Source: Candidatus Eisenbergiella merdipullorum
GTDB lineage: Bacteria; Bacillota; Clostridia; Lachnospirales; Lachnospiraceae
Assembly (NCBI GenBank): GCA_019118445.1
Contig: DWYY01000172.1
Span: 532-64,531 of the forward strand
Length of the DNA stretch: 64,000 nucleotides
Direction: 5' to 3'
Part shown: piece after piece, positions 9,538-20,023 of the stretch
Layout of the letters: each line of letters starts with the position of its first letter
Position numbering within the stretch: position 1 is the stretch's first letter
Made by a program: the position numbers and the translations under genes
Notes under the pieces: generated by a model
What the model saw: only the letters and a program-made list of their open reading frames with translations
Told to the model about the DNA's origin: nothing
The model's database searches: none

Positions 9538-10101
9538 TCAGCACTCTTCTTCCCTCTTTTTTCTCATGAATACATGCTTGTTCGTTTTGTATATCTTTTC
9601 TCTCGTCACTTCAAAGCCGCAGTCTTCCGCGAAGGAAAAATCTTTTCTCTTCTCCGCCTCAAAAACGACCAGCGTCTCCTGCGTCACATAAGGCATCCCG
9701 GAAAGCGCATCCAGGACAGGTTCTTCCAGCTCTGCGCCATAGGGCGGGTCCATGAAGATCACATCCGCTTCCTTTTCATGGATGCCGGAAAGCGCCGATA
9801 CCACATCCTGTCTGAGCAGGACGGCCCTGTCTTCAAACTTCGTAAAATGCAGGTTTTCCTGGATACATTTTACCGCTTTCGCCGCATTTTCCACAAAATA
9901 GGCCCGTTTCGCCCCGCGGCTGATGGCCTCTATCCCGATTGCCCCGCTTCCGCTGCACAGATCCACGAATATGCTGCCCGGGATCCAGGGCTGCAGAATA
10001 TTGAACAGGGTTTCCTTGATCCTGTCTGTAGTAGGTCTTGTATCCAGCCCCACCGGACACTTTAACGGCAGGCTTCTCGCCTCTCCCGCGATCACTCTCA
10101 T
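9538..10101 (-). CDS. rsmD: 16S rRNA m2G966 methyltransferase
   Basis: MRVIAG, TRPTTDRIKETLFN, DLCSGSGAIGIEA, DPPY. Confidence 0.95.
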   Translation of the reverse strand: MRVIAGEARSLPLKCPVGLDTRPTTDRIKETLFNILQPWIPGSIFVDLCSGSGAIGIEAISRGAKRAYFVENAAKAVKCIQENLHFTKFEDRAVLLRQDVVSALSGIHEKEADVIFMDPPYGAELEEPVLDALSGMPYVTQETLVVFEAEKRKDFSFAEDCGFEVTREKIYKTNKHVFMRKKREEEC

Positions 10102-10174
10102 CTTTACCTCCTTGTCGGAGCGCTTTTTGCTCCGGCCTCTCCCTGTATTCTCTCCTGGAATCTGTCTGCCTTTC

Positions 10175-10203
10175 ATTATAATTGTTCACTGTCAAAAAGG
10201 CAA
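10175..10203 (-). promoter_or_regulatory. SigA promoter of rsmD-coaD
   Basis: TTGCCT-17 bp-TATAAT on the minus strand. Confidence 0.6.
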
Positions 10204-10223
10204 TGCCTTTTGGCATCCTTATC

Positions 10224-12461
10224 CTATGCCCGCACCCTCGTGCCCTTTCCATCCCTTTTCGCGATCTTCAGGCGGGAAAGCTCTAGCTGCCTGTCTCCTA
10301 AGGGAATGCTCCCCTCTCCGCCCGGCCCGGTGAAATGGACCGCTTCAACGAAATCGTCAGGGCTTAAACGGATGGCGCGCACTCCGACAGCGGCTTTTTT
10401 CTTTTCCGGGATCTCCTCCACCGAAAAGCGCAGGAAGAAGCCCTTATGGGTCTGGAGCACCACGGTCTGCTGATCCTTCTGGACGGTCACATCCTTCACC
10501 TCATCCCCATCCTGCAGCTTTGTGGCCGCGACAGTACGTTTCGTCACGTCAAATTCCCCGCCGTCCACCACCTTGATCATGCCCATCCGAGTGGTAAATA
10601 TCACGCGGTACAGATTCAGCTCCGACTGGCTGCAGACGTTGAGGATTTCTTCCTTTGCGGAATCGTAATTGCTCATATTGTCCACCGGCGTCCCCTTGTC
10701 CCGGAATTTTCCGTAGGGAAGATCGGAAACCTTAATGGTATGAAGCTGGCCGGTATTGGTGAACAGGCAGACTCTCCCAGTGTTCCTGCATTGGAACACG
10801 AAACGGTTCTCCGCATCCGCGGCTTCCCGGTTCCGCTCATAGGTGGTCATGTCGATGGTCTTTGCATAGCCGAAGCGGTCCATCAGGAACATCACATCGG
10901 CTTCTTCCGCCTTCTTTTCCTCGAATACTGCCTCCGCGCAGTTGTCGATCACCGTCCTCCTGGGCCTTGCGAACTTCTTTTTGATCTCGTCCAGCTCAGT
11001 CCTGATGACCTGGGCCATGGATTCCCTGCGCTCCAGGATATCCTCGTAGCGGTAAATGTTCGCCATCGTCTCCTCATGCTCTTTGATAAGCGCTTCCAGT
11101 TCCAGGCCAATGAGCTTGTACAGACGCATCTCCAGGATGGCGTCCGCCTGTCTTTCCGTGAAGGAAAGCTGGGCCGCCATCACCCGGGATTCTTTGGATC
11201 TGAAACGGATGCCGTCCGTTTTTCCCTCCACCAGGCAGGCCCTCGCCATGGCACGGTCGCGGGAGCCGCGGAGTATCTCAATGATCAGGTCGATCACGTT
11301 GCAGGCCTTGATGAGGCCTTCCTGGATCTCCCTGCGGTTCCGTTCTTTGGCGAGCAGGTTCTCATATTTTCTGGTGGTCACCTGATACAGGAAATCCACA
11401 TGGGCTTTCAGGATCTCCCTAAGTCCTAGCGTTTCTGGCCTGCCGTCTTTGATGGCAAGCATGTTCACGCCTAAGGTATCCTCCAGGCGGGTCTTTTTAT
11501 AAAGCATATTTATGAAGTTATCCACGTCCGCATCTTTTTTCAGCTCGATGACAATACGGATGCCTTCCTTGGAGGACTGGTTGGAAATATCACTGATATC
11601 CGTGGTCTTCTTCGTTTCCGCAAGCGCCGCCACATCCGACAGGAATTTGCCGATGTTCGCCCCGATCATGGGATAGGGGATCTCGGTGATGACCACGTTG
11701 GTCTTTCCTCCCTTCCCCTTTTCCACTTCCACTCTGCCACGGATGCGGATCTTTCCGGTTCCCGTTTCGTAGATGGAAAGCAGGTCATCCTTGTTCGTGA
11801 CGATCCCGCCCGTGGGAAAATCCGGGCCGGCGAGATATTTCATCAGCTCCGCCGTGGTGATGGATTCATCTTTCATGAAAGCCTTTTCCGCCTCGATCAC
11901 CTCGCCCAGGTTGTGGGGCGGGATGCTGGTGGCCATTCCCACTGCGATTCCCTCCGAGCCGTTGACCAGAAGATTGGGGATCTTCACCGGAAGGACCGTG
12001 GGCTCCTTTTCCGTCTCGTCAAAGTTTGGCCCGAAATCCACCACATCCTTGTCCAGGTCCGCGAGGAACGTCTCCTGAGTCACCTGTTCCAGGCGAGCCT
12101 CCGTATAACGCATGGCAGCGGCTCCGTCTCCTTCGATGTTTCCGAAATTTCCATGGCCGTCCACCAAAGGCATTCCCTTTTTGAAATCCTGGGCCATCAC
12201 CACCAGGGCGTCGTAAATGGAGCTGTCCCCGTGGGGATGATATTTACCCATGGTATCCCCTACGATACGGGCGCATTTCCGGTATGGCCTGTCATAGCGG
12301 ATGCCCAGTTCATACATATCATAAAGCGTCCGGCGCTGCACCGGCTTGAGGCCGTCCCGCACGTCGGGAAGCGCCCTGGCTACAATGACGCTCATGGCAT
12401 AGTCGATGAAGGACTTCTGCATGACCTCAGAATACTCTGTTTTTATGATCTTCTCGTCCAA
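10224..12461 (-). CDS. parC: Type IIA topoisomerase subunit A, topoisomerase IV-like
   Basis: RALPDVRDGLKPVQRR, HPHGDSSIYD, catalytic AAMRYTE; no GyrA-box at the CTD start; not beside dnaA/recF. Confidence 0.85.
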   Translation of the reverse strand: MDEKIIKTEYSEVMQKSFIDYAMSVIVARALPDVRDGLKPVQRRTLYDMYELGIRYDRPYRKCARIVGDTMGKYHPHGDSSIYDALVVMAQDFKKGMPLVDGHGNFGNIEGDGAAAMRYTEARLEQVTQETFLADLDKDVVDFGPNFDETEKEPTVLPVKIPNLLVNGSEGIAVGMATSIPPHNLGEVIEAEKAFMKDESITTAELMKYLAGPDFPTGGIVTNKDDLLSIYETGTGKIRIRGRVEVEKGKGGKTNVVITEIPYPMIGANIGKFLSDVAALAETKKTTDISDISNQSSKEGIRIVIELKKDADVDNFINMLYKKTRLEDTLGVNMLAIKDGRPETLGLREILKAHVDFLYQVTTRKYENLLAKERNRREIQEGLIKACNVIDLIIEILRGSRDRAMARACLVEGKTDGIRFRSKESRVMAAQLSFTERQADAILEMRLYKLIGLELEALIKEHEETMANIYRYEDILERRESMAQVIRTELDEIKKKFARPRRTVIDNCAEAVFEEKKAEEADVMFLMDRFGYAKTIDMTTYERNREAADAENRFVFQCRNTGRVCLFTNTGQLHTIKVSDLPYGKFRDKGTPVDNMSNYDSAKEEILNVCSQSELNLYRVIFTTRMGMIKVVDGGEFDVTKRTVAATKLQDGDEVKDVTVQKDQQTVVLQTHKGFFLRFSVEEIPEKKKAAVGVRAIRLSPDDFVEAVHFTGPGGEGSIPLGDRQLELSRLKIAKRDGKGTRVRA

Positions 12462-12503
12462 ATTTTCACTCTCCCGGTTTTTCTATAAAAGCGTTGAATG
12501 CCG

Positions 12504-14426
12504 TCAGATATCCAGCTGGGCGTCCGGCGCATACTCATAAATGAAGGTCCGTCTGGGCGGCACATCCGTTCCCATCAAAAGCTCTGTGACCTCCGACGCC
12601 ATCCTGGCGTCCTCGATCTCCACCTGTTTCAGCAGCCTGGTCTCCGGATTCAGCGTGGTCTCCCACAGCTGGGAGGCATCCATTTCTCCCAGGCCCTTGT
12701 AGCGCTGCAGGGTGAAAGGCCCCTTATGCTTTTTGCGGTAGCGTTCCAGCGCCTTGTCATCATAAAGATATTCTTCCTTTCCCTTCGCCGGCATGGCCTT
12801 ATAAAGCGGCGGCATGGCGAGATACACATGGCCTTCAAAGATCAGCTCAGGCATGAAGCGGTAAAACAGGGTCAAAAGCAGGGTGGAAATATGGGAACCG
12901 TCCACATCCGCATCTGTCATGATGATGATCTTGTCATAACGCAGCTTCGTGATATCGAAATCGTTTCCATATCCTTCCGAAAAGCCGCAGCCGAAAGCAT
13001 TGATCATGGCCTTGATCTCAGCGTTTGCCAGCACCTTGTCGATGCTCGCCTTTTCCACGTTCAGGATCTTTCCCCGGATCGGAAGGATCGCCTGATAGGA
13101 ACGGTCCCTCGCCATCTTGGCGCTGCCGCCAGCGGAATCTCCCTCCACGATGAAGATCTCGCATTTGGACGCGTCCCTGGACTCGCAGTTCGCCAGCTTT
13201 CCGTTGGAGTCAAAGGAAAACTTCTGTTTGGACAGCAGGTTGGTCTTGGCCCGTTCCTCGGTCTTCCGTATCTTCGCCGCCTTTTCCGCGCAGCCGATAA
13301 TGCTCTTTAAGGTCTCCAGGTTGCGGTCGAAATAGCGGACCAGTTCTTCTCCCGTCACCTTGCCGACCACCTTTGCCGCGTCCTGATTGTCCAGTTTGGT
13401 TTTGGTCTGGCCCTCAAAACGGGGATCCGGGTGCTTGATGGAGATCACGGCCGTCATGCCGTTGCGCACATCCGCGCCGGTGAAATTCTGGTCCTTTTCT
13501 TTCAGGATATTAAGCTGCCTGGCATAGGTGTTTATGATATTGGTAAAAGTAGTCTTAAATCCGGTCAGATGGGTTCCGCCCTCCGCATTGTAGATGTTAT
13601 TGCAGAAGCCCAGCACATTTTCATGGAACTCATTCACATACTGAAATGCCCCTTCTACAGAAATCCCGTCGCTTTCCCCGGAAAAATAGATCACATCTAT
13701 CACCGTTTCCCGTGACTTGTTCAGATCGCGGATGAACCCAACGATCCCCTCAGGCTCATGATATTCGATGACCTCCGGTTTTTCCTTCCGCTTATCCGTA
13801 AAAATAATGGTAAGCGCCGGATTCAAATAAGCCGTCTCATGCAGGCGGCTTTTGATCTCATCCTCTTTAAAACGGGTCTTTTCAAAAATGGTATCGTCCG
13901 GCAGGAAATTGATGCAGGTCCCCGTATCCTTCGCCTTTCCCACAACGGGAAGAAGACCGTCCACAAGCTCTACCGTGGGAACGCCGCGCTCATACCGGTC
14001 CTCATAGATCTTGCCGTCATGCCGCACGCGGACGGTCAGCCTGGCGGACAGGGCGTTCACCACGGAAGAACCCACGCCATGCAGGCCTCCGCTGGTCTTG
14101 TACGCGGAATGGTCGAATTTTCCTCCTGCATGCAGGGTGGTGAATACCAGCCGCTCCGCGCTCACCCCCTTTTCATGCATGCCCACAGGGATCCCGCGGC
14201 CGTTGTCATCCACCGTAGCGGAACCGTCCGCCTCCAGCGTCACGCTGATCCTGTCGCACACGCCTGCCAGATGTTCGTCAACAGCGTTATCCACGATCTC
14301 ATAAACCAGGTGGTTTAAGCCTTTTGTAGAAACGCTCCCGATATACATACCCGGTCTTTTCCGGACAGCCTCAAGCCCTTCCAGCACCGTGATGCTGGAA
14401 GCGTCATAAGTATCGTGACTATTCAT
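12504..14426 (-). CDS. parE: Type IIA topoisomerase subunit B, topoisomerase IV-like
   Basis: EIVDNAVDE, GGLHGVG GHKL motifs, EGDSAGG, PIRGKILN, IMTDADVDG TOPRIM. Confidence 0.85.
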   Translation of the reverse strand: MNSHDTYDASSITVLEGLEAVRKRPGMYIGSVSTKGLNHLVYEIVDNAVDEHLAGVCDRISVTLEADGSATVDDNGRGIPVGMHEKGVSAERLVFTTLHAGGKFDHSAYKTSGGLHGVGSSVVNALSARLTVRVRHDGKIYEDRYERGVPTVELVDGLLPVVGKAKDTGTCINFLPDDTIFEKTRFKEDEIKSRLHETAYLNPALTIIFTDKRKEKPEVIEYHEPEGIVGFIRDLNKSRETVIDVIYFSGESDGISVEGAFQYVNEFHENVLGFCNNIYNAEGGTHLTGFKTTFTNIINTYARQLNILKEKDQNFTGADVRNGMTAVISIKHPDPRFEGQTKTKLDNQDAAKVVGKVTGEELVRYFDRNLETLKSIIGCAEKAAKIRKTEERAKTNLLSKQKFSFDSNGKLANCESRDASKCEIFIVEGDSAGGSAKMARDRSYQAILPIRGKILNVEKASIDKVLANAEIKAMINAFGCGFSEGYGNDFDITKLRYDKIIIMTDADVDGSHISTLLLTLFYRFMPELIFEGHVYLAMPPLYKAMPAKGKEEYLYDDKALERYRKKHKGPFTLQRYKGLGEMDASQLWETTLNPETRLLKQVEIEDARMASEVTELLMGTDVPPRRTFIYEYAPDAQLDI

Positions 14427-14462
14427 TGCCTTACCTCTGCCTTTCTTATATCCGAATCCTCC

Positions 14463-15329
14463 TCAGTCGTTCCTTTTCGTGACCGCCACCGCCAGCGCGC
14501 CGGGGCCGATATGGCAGGATACGCTTAAAGACAGCGGATCGATATGGCTCTGGGCTCCCGGGAAATGGGAAAGGACTTCCTTCTGAAAATCTCCCGCCGC
14601 TTCTTCATTCTGCGTATGTGCAAAATCGATCCACATCCCGCAGTTTTCCAGAGGCTGTCCAAAACGGCCTGTCACATCGTTTATCACCGCGTTCAGCATG
14701 ATCTGCCTCGCGGATGTGGTCGTTCTGGCCTTTGCGAAGGCATCCAGCTTTTCTCCCTGGATCTGCAGCACCGGCTTCAGGCGCAGAAGCGTCCCAAGTG
14801 CAGCAGCAGCCGGGGTGATACGTCCCCCCTTCTTCAGATAATAAAGGGTGTCCACCATGATATAGATGCTGGAATTGAACTTATCCTTTTCCAGGAACTC
14901 CTTGATCTCCACGGCATCCATCCCTTTCCCTGCCAAACGGATGGCGTCCTCCACAGAACGTCTCTGGGTAACGGAGATCCTCTGATTGTTCACTACCTGC
15001 ACGCGCCCGTCAAATTCCTCTGACAGCATCATCGCAGTCTGACAGGAGCCGGAAAGTCCGCTGCTCATGGGAATATGCACGATCTGATCGTAATCCAGCA
15101 GGATCCTGCGCCACAGCCGCAGCACGGAATCCGGCGCTGGCTGGGAGGTGGAAACGGGCACTCCCGTCCTCAGCTTTTCATAAAATTCCTCCTGTGTCAG
15201 ATTGATCCCCTCAAAAAAGGTTTCCCCGCCTATCATAAACGGCATGGGCAGCACATAAATGCCAAGCTTTTCCGCCTCCGCCTGGGTGATTCCGCTGTTG
15301 CTGTCCGTGACAATTGCAATCTTCGACAT
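14463..15329 (-). CDS. DegV family fatty-acid binding protein (FakB-like)
   Basis: IAIVTDS, TSQP, SSGLSGS, LKKGGRI, HIGPG. Confidence 0.93.
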   Translation of the reverse strand: MSKIAIVTDSNSGITQAEAEKLGIYVLPMPFMIGGETFFEGINLTQEEFYEKLRTGVPVSTSQPAPDSVLRLWRRILLDYDQIVHIPMSSGLSGSCQTAMMLSEEFDGRVQVVNNQRISVTQRRSVEDAIRLAGKGMDAVEIKEFLEKDKFNSSIYIMVDTLYYLKKGGRITPAAAALGTLLRLKPVLQIQGEKLDAFAKARTTTSARQIMLNAVINDVTGRFGQPLENCGMWIDFAHTQNEEAAGDFQKEVLSHFPGAQSHIDPLSLSVSCHIGPGALAVAVTKRND

Positions 15330-15377
15330 ACTACCGCCCTTTCTGAAAACAAAATATTCTAACGTATAAATTTACCC

Positions 15378-17501
15378 TTATATGCTCCTGAAGTCAACCC
15401 GGTTCCGATTCTCCTCTTCCCAGCGGTAAAGCGGGGCAAACTCCAGCCTGTTTCTCTGCGGATCTTCGGAAACGATCCGTTCTGCGAGGGAACTGGCCTT
15501 CAACAGGAGATCGGAATCCTGATAGATATCTCCGATCTTAAAATCAAGCTGGCCGCTCTGGCGCACTCCAAACAGATCGCCCGGCCCGCGCAGCTTCAGA
15601 TCCTCATTGGCGATGAAAAAACCATCATTGGATGTGTTCAGGATCTTCAGCCGTTTCATCACTTCCTCATTTTCATTGGAGCTGATGAAAATGCAATAGC
15701 TCTGCGCGCCGCCTCTTCCCACCCGTCCTCTTAGCTGATGAAGCTGAGCAAGACCGAAACGCTCCGCGTTTTCCACCATCATAACTGTGGCGTTTGGAAC
15801 ATTGATCCCCACCTCGATCACCGTGGTGGAAACCAGCACATCCGTCTTTCCCGCCGCAAAATCCTCCATGATCCGGTTCTTTTCCGCCGGTTTCATCCGG
15901 CCGTGCAGGAAAGCAATGCGTATTCCGTCCGGCAGGGCAGCCTGGAGCTTTTTCGTATAATCCATCACGTTCTCCAGCCCGTCCATCTCCCCTTCCTCCA
16001 CCATGGGGCAGATCACATAGGCCTGATGCCCCGCCCGGACCTGGCCTGCGATAAAGGAGTAGGCCCTTTGCCGGTAAGAGGTGCCGACTACACAGTTTTT
16101 GATGGGCAGACGGCCCACAGGCATCTCGTCCAGGATGGAGACATCCAGATCCCCATACAGGACGATGGCAAGGGTGCGCGGAATAGGGGTCGCACTCATG
16201 ACGAGCACATGGGTCCCTTCCCCTTTATCCGCCAGGCTTTCCCTCTGCCGGACGCCGAAGCGGTGCTGTTCGTCCGTGACCACAAGGGCGAGATTCCGAT
16301 ACTCCACCTTTTCCTGGATGAGAGCGTGCGTACCGACGATCACATTGTATTCTCCCTCCGCTATGGCGCGATAGATCCGCCTTTTTTCACCTGCCGTGGT
16401 GGAACCGGTCAAAAGGATGGGACGGATACACAGCCCCTGCTGGCTGCAGAGTTTTTCAAGAGCTTCAAAATGCTGGCGTGCCAGCACCTCAGTAGGCGCC
16501 ATCAGGCAGCCTTGCCTGCCGTTCGCCGCACACATCAGAAGGGCAAGGAATGCTAGGATGGTCTTTCCGCTTCCCACATCCCCCTGTACCAGCCGGTGCA
16601 TGGCCGTCTCCCTCTGCATGTCCTCCTCGATCTGTCCCCAGACTCGAAGCTGTGCTCCCGTCAGACGGTAGGGAAGCTTTTCCAGCAGCGCATCCGTATC
16701 CGGGACCTTTCGCAGGACCACCCTAACCTGCCTGACCTGATCTTCGCTTTTCAGGCGGGAAAGCCCCAGGAAAAAGGCGAGAAATTCATTAAAGGAAAGC
16801 CTTCTCCTCGCTTCTGCGGCTTCCTCCGTATTCTTAGGGCAGTGGATCTTTTCCACCGCTTCCCGCCAAGGGATCAGACCATATTCCCTGCGCAGTCCGT
16901 CCGGGAGAAATTCCTCCAGGAAGTCCCTGCCATCCGGAGTTTTCCCCTCCGACAGCTCCTCCAGGGCAGCCCGGATCGTCCTTGTCATCATGCGGTTGGT
17001 CAGCCCTTTCGTCAGGGCGTACCTCGGCTGCAGGGTATCCTGGACGGCAGCGTAATCCTCCACGCTGAAAATGGCCGGCTGTTCCATCCGGACTAGGGCA
17101 CAAGCCGTCATTCCACCAGGCGTCCCTTTTGTTTTTCCCGCATTTCCCGCCTGGCAGAGGCCGCGGAAGATATGGACGCTGCCCGGCTTTAAAATGCTCC
17201 TCAGATAGGGCATGCCGAAAAATGTCATACGAAAAAAGCCGGTTTCATCTCCGGCCTGTACACTCGCTATGACCAGGGAACGCACCCTTTTGATCTGCGG
17301 CGTGCCGATCACAGCCGCCTTCACGGCGCACACCCTTCCGGGCGTCAGGGCCGAAACGGTTACGGGCGCTTCCATTTTCTCGTAATCCCTGGGGTAATGC
17401 TCCAGAAGTTCCCCCAGATCGGTGATATGGAGCCTGGCGAAAAGCTCCGCTGTCTTTTCGCCGACTCCCTTAATGGATGTCAATCCTGTCTGAATTTTCA
17501 T
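15378..17501 (-). CDS. recG: ATP-dependent DNA helicase RecG
   Basis: QGDVGSGKT, DEQHRFG, SATPIPR, QLRGRVGR, DLKLRGPG. Confidence 0.97.
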   Translation of the reverse strand: MKIQTGLTSIKGVGEKTAELFARLHITDLGELLEHYPRDYEKMEAPVTVSALTPGRVCAVKAAVIGTPQIKRVRSLVIASVQAGDETGFFRMTFFGMPYLRSILKPGSVHIFRGLCQAGNAGKTKGTPGGMTACALVRMEQPAIFSVEDYAAVQDTLQPRYALTKGLTNRMMTRTIRAALEELSEGKTPDGRDFLEEFLPDGLRREYGLIPWREAVEKIHCPKNTEEAAEARRRLSFNEFLAFFLGLSRLKSEDQVRQVRVVLRKVPDTDALLEKLPYRLTGAQLRVWGQIEEDMQRETAMHRLVQGDVGSGKTILAFLALLMCAANGRQGCLMAPTEVLARQHFEALEKLCSQQGLCIRPILLTGSTTAGEKRRIYRAIAEGEYNVIVGTHALIQEKVEYRNLALVVTDEQHRFGVRQRESLADKGEGTHVLVMSATPIPRTLAIVLYGDLDVSILDEMPVGRLPIKNCVVGTSYRQRAYSFIAGQVRAGHQAYVICPMVEEGEMDGLENVMDYTKKLQAALPDGIRIAFLHGRMKPAEKNRIMEDFAAGKTDVLVSTTVIEVGINVPNATVMMVENAERFGLAQLHQLRGRVGRGGAQSYCIFISSNENEEVMKRLKILNTSNDGFFIANEDLKLRGPGDLFGVRQSGQLDFKIGDIYQDSDLLLKASSLAERIVSEDPQRNRLEFAPLYRWEEENRNRVDFRSI

Positions 17502-17510
17502 CGTTTCCTG

Positions 17511-19214
17511 TTATTCAGCCGAAATAATATAATAGTAAATAGGCTGTCCGCCGTACTGAAGCTCGATATCACAGGAAGGATAGCGTTCTTCCACTCTGGC
17601 CTTCAGCTTCCCGGCGTCTTCTTCACTGATATCGGCTCCGTAATAGATGCTGATCAGCTCGCAGTCATCGCTCATCATGACCCCGATCATATCATAGGCC
17701 ACATCGGCGATATCTGAACCCACAGCCAGGATGCCGTCGTCGCCGATCCCCATGTAATCGCCCTGGCGGATCTGCTTGTCATCGATGACCGTATCGCGTA
17801 CTGCATAGGTGACTTCCCCGGTTTTGACATGGGCAATCTCTTCCGTCATGGAAGCCTCGTTCTCCTCCGGTCCCATATCCGGCACGTAATTGATCACCGC
17901 AGTGATACCCTGCGGGATCGTCTTTGTGGGAATGACCACCACTTTTTTATCCTTTACCAGGTATTTTGCCTGGTTGGCGGCCATGATGATGTTCTTGTTG
18001 TTCGGGAGCACATAAACGGTATCCGCATTGACCTTACCGATCGCGTTTACCACATCCTCCGTGCTGGGGTTCATGGTCTGCCCGCCTTCAATGATATAGT
18101 CAACGCCGAGGCCGCGGAAGATCTCCGCCAGGCCGTCTCCTGCGGAAACTGCGATGAATCCGGCTTCCTTATGCTCTCCTGTGCTTTCCGCTTCCGCGGC
18201 AGGCTTTTCGGCTTCTTCCTGCATCTTTTCCTTCTCGGAAAGCTTGAACAGCTTCTCCTGATGTTCGAGACGCATGTTGTCGATCTTCATATTGGAAAGC
18301 GCGCCATACTTCAATGCCTTCTGGATCGCGAGTCCGGGGTCATTGGTATGTACGTGTACCTTGACCACGTCATCATCCGCGACCACAACGATGGAATCGC
18401 CGATGGATTCCAGATAAGCCTTGAAATCCATTTCCTGCTTGATATTGAAGGTTTTGTTCAGCATGATGATAAATTCGGTGCAGTAGCCGAATTTGATATC
18501 CATGTCGGCCTGCGCCTCCAGGCTGCTCTTTGCGGCCGTCCCGGAAGCCGCCGGCTTCTCTTCCGCCGAAAAATCCATGGAATCCGCGGACACCTTGCCC
18601 GTAAAAGCGTCAAAAGCACCGCGGAGCACCTCCACAAGCCCCTGTCCGCCGGAGTCCACCACGCCGGCCTGCTTCAGCACCGGGAGCATCTCAGGCGTCT
18701 GGCTGAGCACATACTCCGCCTGGTCGATGATCTCCTTTAAGAACTTCTCCATATCCTCTTCGCCCGCATCTGCAAGCTCACGCGCCTTCATGGACGCGCC
18801 CTTTGCCACGGTAAGGATCGTTCCTTCCTTAGGCTTCATGACAGCCTTGTACGCTGTTTCCACCGCTTTCTCACCGGCAGCGGCCATGATCGGGATCGTG
18901 ATCACGTCATAATCACGGATTCCCTTGGTAAAGCCTCTGAAAAGCTGTGAAAGAATGACACCCGAATTTCCTCTCGCCCCTCTCAGGGAACCGGAAGAGA
19001 TCGCTTTAGATAACGACATCATATCGGGCTCCTTCATAGCGGCCACTTCCTTTGCCGCCGACATGATGGTAAGCGTCATATTCGTTCCTGTATCCCCGTC
19101 AGGTACCGGAAATACGTTCAGCTCATTGATCCACTCTTTCTTGCTCTCAAGTCTCTTGGCTCCCGCCAAAAACATCTTCGCCAGGCAGCCAGCGTCAATC
19201 GTCTGCAAACTCAC
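17511..19214 (-). CDS. fakA: DAK2 domain fatty acid kinase subunit A (YloV)
   Basis: LNVFPVPDGDTGTNM, ARGNSGVILSQ, GGQTMNPS. Confidence 0.93.
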   Translation of the reverse strand: MSLQTIDAGCLAKMFLAGAKRLESKKEWINELNVFPVPDGDTGTNMTLTIMSAAKEVAAMKEPDMMSLSKAISSGSLRGARGNSGVILSQLFRGFTKGIRDYDVITIPIMAAAGEKAVETAYKAVMKPKEGTILTVAKGASMKARELADAGEEDMEKFLKEIIDQAEYVLSQTPEMLPVLKQAGVVDSGGQGLVEVLRGAFDAFTGKVSADSMDFSAEEKPAASGTAAKSSLEAQADMDIKFGYCTEFIIMLNKTFNIKQEMDFKAYLESIGDSIVVVADDDVVKVHVHTNDPGLAIQKALKYGALSNMKIDNMRLEHQEKLFKLSEKEKMQEEAEKPAAEAESTGEHKEAGFIAVSAGDGLAEIFRGLGVDYIIEGGQTMNPSTEDVVNAIGKVNADTVYVLPNNKNIIMAANQAKYLVKDKKVVVIPTKTIPQGITAVINYVPDMGPEENEASMTEEIAHVKTGEVTYAVRDTVIDDKQIRQGDYMGIGDDGILAVGSDIADVAYDMIGVMMSDDCELISIYYGADISEEDAGKLKARVEERYPSCDIELQYGGQPIYYYIISAE

Positions 19215-19228
19215 AACTACAGTCCTCC

Positions 19229-19582
19229 TTAATCAATCACTCGTACACCTTCGACGAAGATGTTGATCTTCTCAATTTCCATGCCGGTGAATTCTTCCAC
19301 TTTATACTTCACATTATCGATCAGATTGTTGGATACTGCCAGAATACTCACGCCGTAGGAAACGATCACATGGAAGTCCAGTGTCAGTTTGTTGTTATTG
19401 ACCGTCACGCGGATCCCTTTCGTCACGTTGTCCCTCTTCAAGAGCTTCACCACGTCCTTGACCGTGATACCCATCCCCACGATGCCGAAACATTCCATGG
19501 CGACAATACCCGCATACTTTGCAATAACTTCTTTATCAATCGATATATTGCCCATATGGGTGTTCAAATATGAACCCTTCAT
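19229..19582 (-). CDS. Asp23/Gls24 family protein (YloU)
   Basis: ECFGIVGM, conserved rpmB/yloU/yloV synteny; AGGAGG RBS. Confidence 0.9.
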   Translation of the reverse strand: MKGSYLNTHMGNISIDKEVIAKYAGIVAMECFGIVGMGITVKDVVKLLKRDNVTKGIRVTVNNNKLTLDFHVIVSYGVSILAVSNNLIDNVKYKVEEFTGMEIEKINIFVEGVRVID

Positions 19583-19765
19583 GTAGTACCTCCTTCTTCT
19601 CTGCCGCAGCCGTAACGGCACAAATATAAGCATATTATAACCGCTTTCTGAAAAAAATGGAAGATAAAATTATTTTCACCGCGATTTTACTTGCAAATTC
19701 CTTCCTTTTCTGTTATCATACACATGTTGCGGTTTGAAAAATATAATGGGTTAGGAGGTGCGAAG

Positions 19766-19951
19766 ATGGCAAAATGTGATATTTGCGGCAAGGGCGTTCA
19801 TTTTGGTAACAACGTAAGCCATTCCCATAGAAGATCCAATCGTATCTGGAACTCGAATGTGAAAAGCGTCAAGTGTCTGGTAAACGGTGCTTCCAGAAAG
19901 ATGCATGTCTGCACCAGCTGTCTCAGATCCGGCAAAGTGGAGAGAGCATAA
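19766..19951 (+). CDS. rpmB: 50S ribosomal protein L28 (Zn-binding type)
   Basis: MAKCDICGKG...GNNVSHSHRRSNR...VCTSCLRSGKV; AGGAGG RBS. Confidence 0.97.
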   Translation: MAKCDICGKGVHFGNNVSHSHRRSNRIWNSNVKSVKCLVNGASRKMHVCTSCLRSGKVERA

Positions 19952-19981
19952 AGAAATGACGCCTGCAGAGAAACAGGACAT

Positions 19982-20023
19982 AAAAAAAGGCTGTTGAAAC
20001 CTTCCGGTTTGGACAGCCTTTTT
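19982..20023. terminator. Bidirectional intrinsic terminator
   Basis: A-tract-GGCTGT...ACAGCC-T-tract between convergent rpmB and the small ORF. Confidence 0.8.

Noticed and set aside
10224-14426. Second gyrase or quinolone-resistance allele
   Set aside because: The missing GyrA-box and wild-type QRDR fit an ordinary topoisomerase IV-like pair.
15340-15362. Possible LexA box upstream of degV-parE-parC (AAACAAAATATTC)
   Set aside because: The spacer is 5 rather than 4 and the half-sites are degenerate.
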